A DNA stretch of 61,254 nt, filler included, from Chloroflexota bacterium (lineage in GTDB: Bacteria; Chloroflexota; Chloroflexia; QHBQ01): NCBI GenBank assembly GCA_043754535.1. It is 6 parts of 6 records of this genome, joined end to end, with 100 filler letters (N's around TTAATTAATTAA, not from the genome) between each part and the next. Parts side by side here need not be neighbours in the genome. Positions count along the whole stretch, not along the records: positions 57,662 to 61,254 come from JAYUUN010000080.1; 5 more parts are not named here. One strand, written 5' to 3'. Below, piece after piece: positions 58,093-61,254 of the stretch. The stretch's first letter is position 1; every line of letters starts with the position of its first letter. Position numbers and translations under genes: made by a program. The notes under the pieces are model-generated. The model ran no database searches, had not been told where the DNA came from, and saw only the letters and a list, made by a program, of their open reading frames with translations.

Positions 58093-60758
58093 GCCAAACC
58101 ACTAAACAACTAACCACCACCGACCTTGTGCCGGTCGCCGATGTGCGTGACGGCTACCTCGTGACCGGCTCTGGCTATGCCAGCCTGATGCAGGTTGGCG
58201 GCCTCAACACCGCCCTGCTTGCCCCCGACGATCAACTTGCCGTCGTTGCTGCCCTCGGCAGATTGCACGATCTGCAACCTGACCCCTTCCAGTACTACTG
58301 CCGCATAAGGAGCCGCGACATCGCTCCGATCTTGCAACAGTACGACCGCCGCAAGGCCGCTCGTCTCAACAAGCTGCTCGAAGCCCGCTTCTTCGAGGAG
58401 GAGGATTACATCCTGACCCAGGCCCGCACTGCTGGCATTGTTGAACGCAGCACCCTGTTCGTGCAGACCTACCCCAAACAGGCCAACAGCAGGATCGCGG
58501 GCATGAGCGGTCGCGATGACCTCGCTGATGATGGTAGCCCCAAAGTGCCACCCTTCCGTGAGCGGCTGCGCCAGATGGCAGTGCTGAGTAGCTACGAGAT
58601 GCTGGGGCTGGAAACCCCGGAGCAGGTCGAAGCCCGGCTCAAGGCCCGCAGTGGGGAGCCGGTGCCAGCCGCGATCCAGAACCTCCGCAAGCAGCGCGGC
58701 CAGACCGCCACCTCCATCTTTGCGGCAGCTGGCATGGAGGCAAAGCTGCTCGAGCAGGACGAGGTGCTGGCAGTGCTGGCCGCCCAGCTTGGCGGCCACG
58801 TCAACGCCGGGCGCGACGGCCTTGCCCCCAGTAGCTTTGTCGAACGACCCGACCACCTGAGACTTGGCGACCGCTACATCTGCGTGCTGGTGGCCGATGC
58901 CACCCGCTACCCGCGCGAGGTCGAGCTTGGCTGGCTCTATCCCCTGGTCAGCCTCAAGGATGTAGAACAGCTTGAGGTCAGCATTCACTACCAGCCGATC
59001 CCCAACCCCGAAGCGGAGCGCAGCCTGCGGGCTTACGAGTTCGTGTTGGACTACGCCATGACCCAGGATGCCTACAACCGCAAGTTGGGCTACGTCGCCA
59101 ACAGCGTGGTAGCAGGCCGTGAGATGCTGACCAGGGGCGAAGGTCGCTTCTTCCACACCGGGGTGTACGTGGCAGTATCAGCCAGTAGCCTGCGCAAGTT
59201 GCGCGAGAGTGTACAAACAGTCAGCCACGTGCTGCAAACGATGCAACTCGACCCCTACGTGGCCCGGCTCGACCAGTGGCAGGCTTACGTCTCAACGCTG
59301 CCGCTCGGCCAGAACCTGGTGCCGAAGAACAAGCTGTTGCGCGAACACAGCCGCCGCGCGCTGACCACCTGGGTGACCGCCTGCACCGTGCCGCAAGTGG
59401 TGGCGAGTATCGACCACGAGGACGGGGTGATGCTGGGGACGCAGGTGCAGGACGGCAGCCTGCTGCGGGTCAACCCCTGGCGGTTCAGCAAGGCTCCGCA
59501 CACCATAGTAGCGGGCATCACTGGCAGTGGCAAGACGCAGGGGGTGCTGATCGAAGCCCTGCGCTGGCTGCTGGTAGACCCGGCCATGCAATACTACTAC
59601 ATAGACCCGCAGAACGGGGTAGCCAGCTTTGTGCGGGCGGTGGGCGGTAGCATCATCAACTTTGGGCCACGAGGGGAGGCGCGGATCAACTGCCTGGACC
59701 GCAGCACGCCGAGCGGCTACAAAGTGCCGTTGCCAGAGAAGCGCACCTTCATTGCTGGCCTGTTTGAACTAATGATCGGGGAGGAGCTACCGGCCCTGAC
59801 CCGCAACAACACTTTGCCTGCTGCGCTCAAGACCATGTACGCCCACTTCGAGGATGGCCTGAACACGAGCAGCGAGATCAGTCGGGCGATCCTGCACGAG
59901 CTGCAGCTAGGTTGGTCGCCGGAGCGCGAGCAGGCTGTAGCGAGATTGGTTGCTGACCGTGAAGGTACTGGCAGCGCAGAGTGGGGGGCGCAGCTAAACC
60001 GGCTGGCAGGCGGGCAGGTACGGCAGGCGGTAGCCGAGCGCATCGCCAACTACGCAGCGGTCGAACACAAGCGTGGTACCCCGATCCTGAGTGACCTGCT
60101 GCCGTATCTGCTTGAGCAGGGGGCGGTAGACCTGGTCAACAAGCTGCGGCTCTACGTTGACCCCAGCTATGAGGGCCGCAGCTACAACGGCCCGACCAAT
60201 GTTGACCTGCGTAACCGCTTCGTCTCGTTCAACATCCGCGATGTAGACCGCTACCAGCGTCCGCTAGTGATGTTCATGATTATTGAACACATCTGGCAAC
60301 AGATCGTGGATAAGCCCCAACGGCGGGTGCTGGTCATTGACGAGATCGGGCTGCTGCTGATGCAGGAGTACGAGGCCTTCGGGCAGTGGGTGGCGGAGTT
60401 GTTCAAGCGGGCGCGGGCGTTGCAACTGCGGCTGATTGCGATCGACCAGAACCTGGTCACCTTCCGCTCCAAGTACGGACGGCTGATGTGGGAGAACACC
60501 TCCATCTTTCGCTTGGCGCGGCAGGGTCGGGGGCAGGCCAACACCCAGGAGATCGCCGCTGAACTGGGGCTGGGGCAGGGGCAGGCGGCGCAGCTAACCG
60601 CCCTGGAGACAGGACAAACCCTGGAAGTGGTAGACAACAAGGTACTGCACATCGTCTACGCGATCAGCCCGCAGCAGCTACGGCGCATCGAGACCTTCGT
60701 CGAAGGTCGTGCTGCCGAGGACGAGCGGCGCATGGCTGAGGGGGTGGGGCATGAGTAA
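58089..60758 (+). CDS. VirB4-like type IV secretion / conjugation ATPase
   Basis: N-terminal DLVPVADVRDG...VGGLNTALL; YPREVELGWL; STLPLG; HTIVAGITGSGKT (Walker A); YIDP; INCLD; PILSDL; VLVIDE (Walker B); KRAR; DQN. Confidence 0.85.
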   Translation: MSQTTKQLTTTDLVPVADVRDGYLVTGSGYASLMQVGGLNTALLAPDDQLAVVAALGRLHDLQPDPFQYYCRIRSRDIAPILQQYDRRKAARLNKLLEARFFEEEDYILTQARTAGIVERSTLFVQTYPKQANSRIAGMSGRDDLADDGSPKVPPFRERLRQMAVLSSYEMLGLETPEQVEARLKARSGEPVPAAIQNLRKQRGQTATSIFAAAGMEAKLLEQDEVLAVLAAQLGGHVNAGRDGLAPSSFVERPDHLRLGDRYICVLVADATRYPREVELGWLYPLVSLKDVEQLEVSIHYQPIPNPEAERSLRAYEFVLDYAMTQDAYNRKLGYVANSVVAGREMLTRGEGRFFHTGVYVAVSASSLRKLRESVQTVSHVLQTMQLDPYVARLDQWQAYVSTLPLGQNLVPKNKLLREHSRRALTTWVTACTVPQVVASIDHEDGVMLGTQVQDGSLLRVNPWRFSKAPHTIVAGITGSGKTQGVLIEALRWLLVDPAMQYYYIDPQNGVASFVRAVGGSIINFGPRGEARINCLDRSTPSGYKVPLPEKRTFIAGLFELMIGEELPALTRNNTLPAALKTMYAHFEDGLNTSSEISRAILHELQLGWSPEREQAVARLVADREGTGSAEWGAQLNRLAGGQVRQAVAERIANYAAVEHKRGTPILSDLLPYLLEQGAVDLVNKLRLYVDPSYEGRSYNGPTNVDLRNRFVSFNIRDVDRYQRPLVMFMIIEHIWQQIVDKPQRRVLVIDEIGLLLMQEYEAFGQWVAELFKRARALQLRLIAIDQNLVTFRSKYGRLMWENTSIFRLARQGRGQANTQEIAAELGLGQGQAAQLTALETGQTLEVVDNKVLHIVYAISPQQLRRIETFVEGRAAEDERRMAEGVGHE

Positions 60759-60993
60759 CCAACCGGAACGGCAGCCACAACCGGAGCTAGACCCGGCGTT
60801 GCGAGAGGTGATCCTGGGCTACAGCGTGGCGGAGTACGCGCAGGCACTCGCCTATCGGCTGCGGCTAGCCGAGGTCGAGCAGGAACAGCGTGACGCGGTG
60901 GAGCTGAGCGAACTGGCAGCCCGGCTGAAGGTGCTGCACGCCCGCCGCGCCCACCTGCGTGGTGAGCCACCTGGCGAGGAGCCGCAGCCATGA
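60751..60993 (+). CDS. Small helical hypothetical protein
   Basis: ATG 60751 overlaps the VirB4 stop, and its TGA overlaps the next ATG. Confidence 0.65.
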   Translation: MSNQPERQPQPELDPALREVILGYSVAEYAQALAYRLRLAEVEQEQRDAVELSELAARLKVLHARRAHLRGEPPGEEPQP

Positions 60994-61254
60994 AGATGCT
61001 AGTCTGCCTGCTGAGCATCTTGCTACTGGCTCTGCCGCTAACCGTCCAAGCACAAACGAGCAAGGGTAGTCGCTACGAACTGCGCCTGCTAGTGCTGCTA
61101 CCGGAGCTACTAACCGGTGATAAGCGCACAGTGTTGCTGCAACTGGGCCGCAACCAGAGCTTGCTCCCGGCTCATGCCGAGGTGGAGGGCCGCTACAGCC
61201 TGCAAGCGGCGACCAACGTGCGGAGTGCGGTTGTCTACCTGCTACGTGGTGGGG
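60990..61254 (+). CDS. Secreted protein, 5' part (runs off window end)
   Basis: My translation MKMLVCLLSILLLALPLTVQA-QTSKG... has a signal peptide; GAGGAG SD; frame open to the end. Confidence 0.7.
   Translation, partial: MKMLVCLLSILLLALPLTVQAQTSKGSRYELRLLVLLPELLTGDKRTVLLQLGRNQSLLPAHAEVEGRYSLQAATNVRSAVVYLLRGG

Overview
The window is not one locus. It is six assembly pieces joined by five artificial 100-nt spacers (N44-TTAATTAATTAA-N44) at 19853-19952, 31564-31663, 35406-35505, 46548-46647 and 57562-57661, so gene neighbourhood must not be read across them. The DNA is GC-rich and bacterial. Gene content (Tad pilus cluster, SLH proteins, BTAD-STAND regulator, Yip1, DUF3352) suggests a Chloroflexota genome or MAG (inference). 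Piece A (1-19852): class III adenylate cyclase, FTR1 iron permease, MDR oxidoreductase, tRNA-Ala(CGC), a cpaB-cpaE-cpaF-tadB-tadC cluster followed by DUF192-comF-lipoprotein esterase, a candidate LysM-like/NlpC-P60-like hydrolase, DnaQ-DinG, methyltransferase, TPR protein and wecB. Piece B (19953-31563): SLH-anchored zinc metalloprotease, a small conserved-looking protein, a BTAD-STAND-TPR regulator fused in frame to an IS1 InsA-like zinc-ribbon/HTH tail, an IS701 remnant and the 5' part of an RHS/SpvB-like protein. Piece C (31664-35405): type III-A CRISPR-Cas csm3-csm4-csm5 with an AT-richer Zn-ribbon DUF4145 (HEPN-family) gene inserted between csm4 and csm5; no array is visible. Piece D (35506-46547): SLH-DUF4397 protein, PH-domain membrane protein, ABC exporter operon, OmpR regulator, EamA, SDR and DUF3352. 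Piece E (46648-57561): tRNA-Ser(GGA), tRNA-Ser(CGA), a rare tRNA-Arg(GCG), two Yip1 genes, a lipid kinase, a PRT/kinase-like protein, ychF, then an AT-rich toxin-immunity island (TPR, Tox-REase-5-like remnant, Imm52-like) interrupting a phosphotransferase gene. Piece F (57662-61254): a VirB4-like ATPase in a tightly coupled operon. The best candidates for something undescribed are the HEPN-family gene embedded in the csm operon and the regulator-InsA fusion. All family calls come from motif recognition by eye; no database searches were run.
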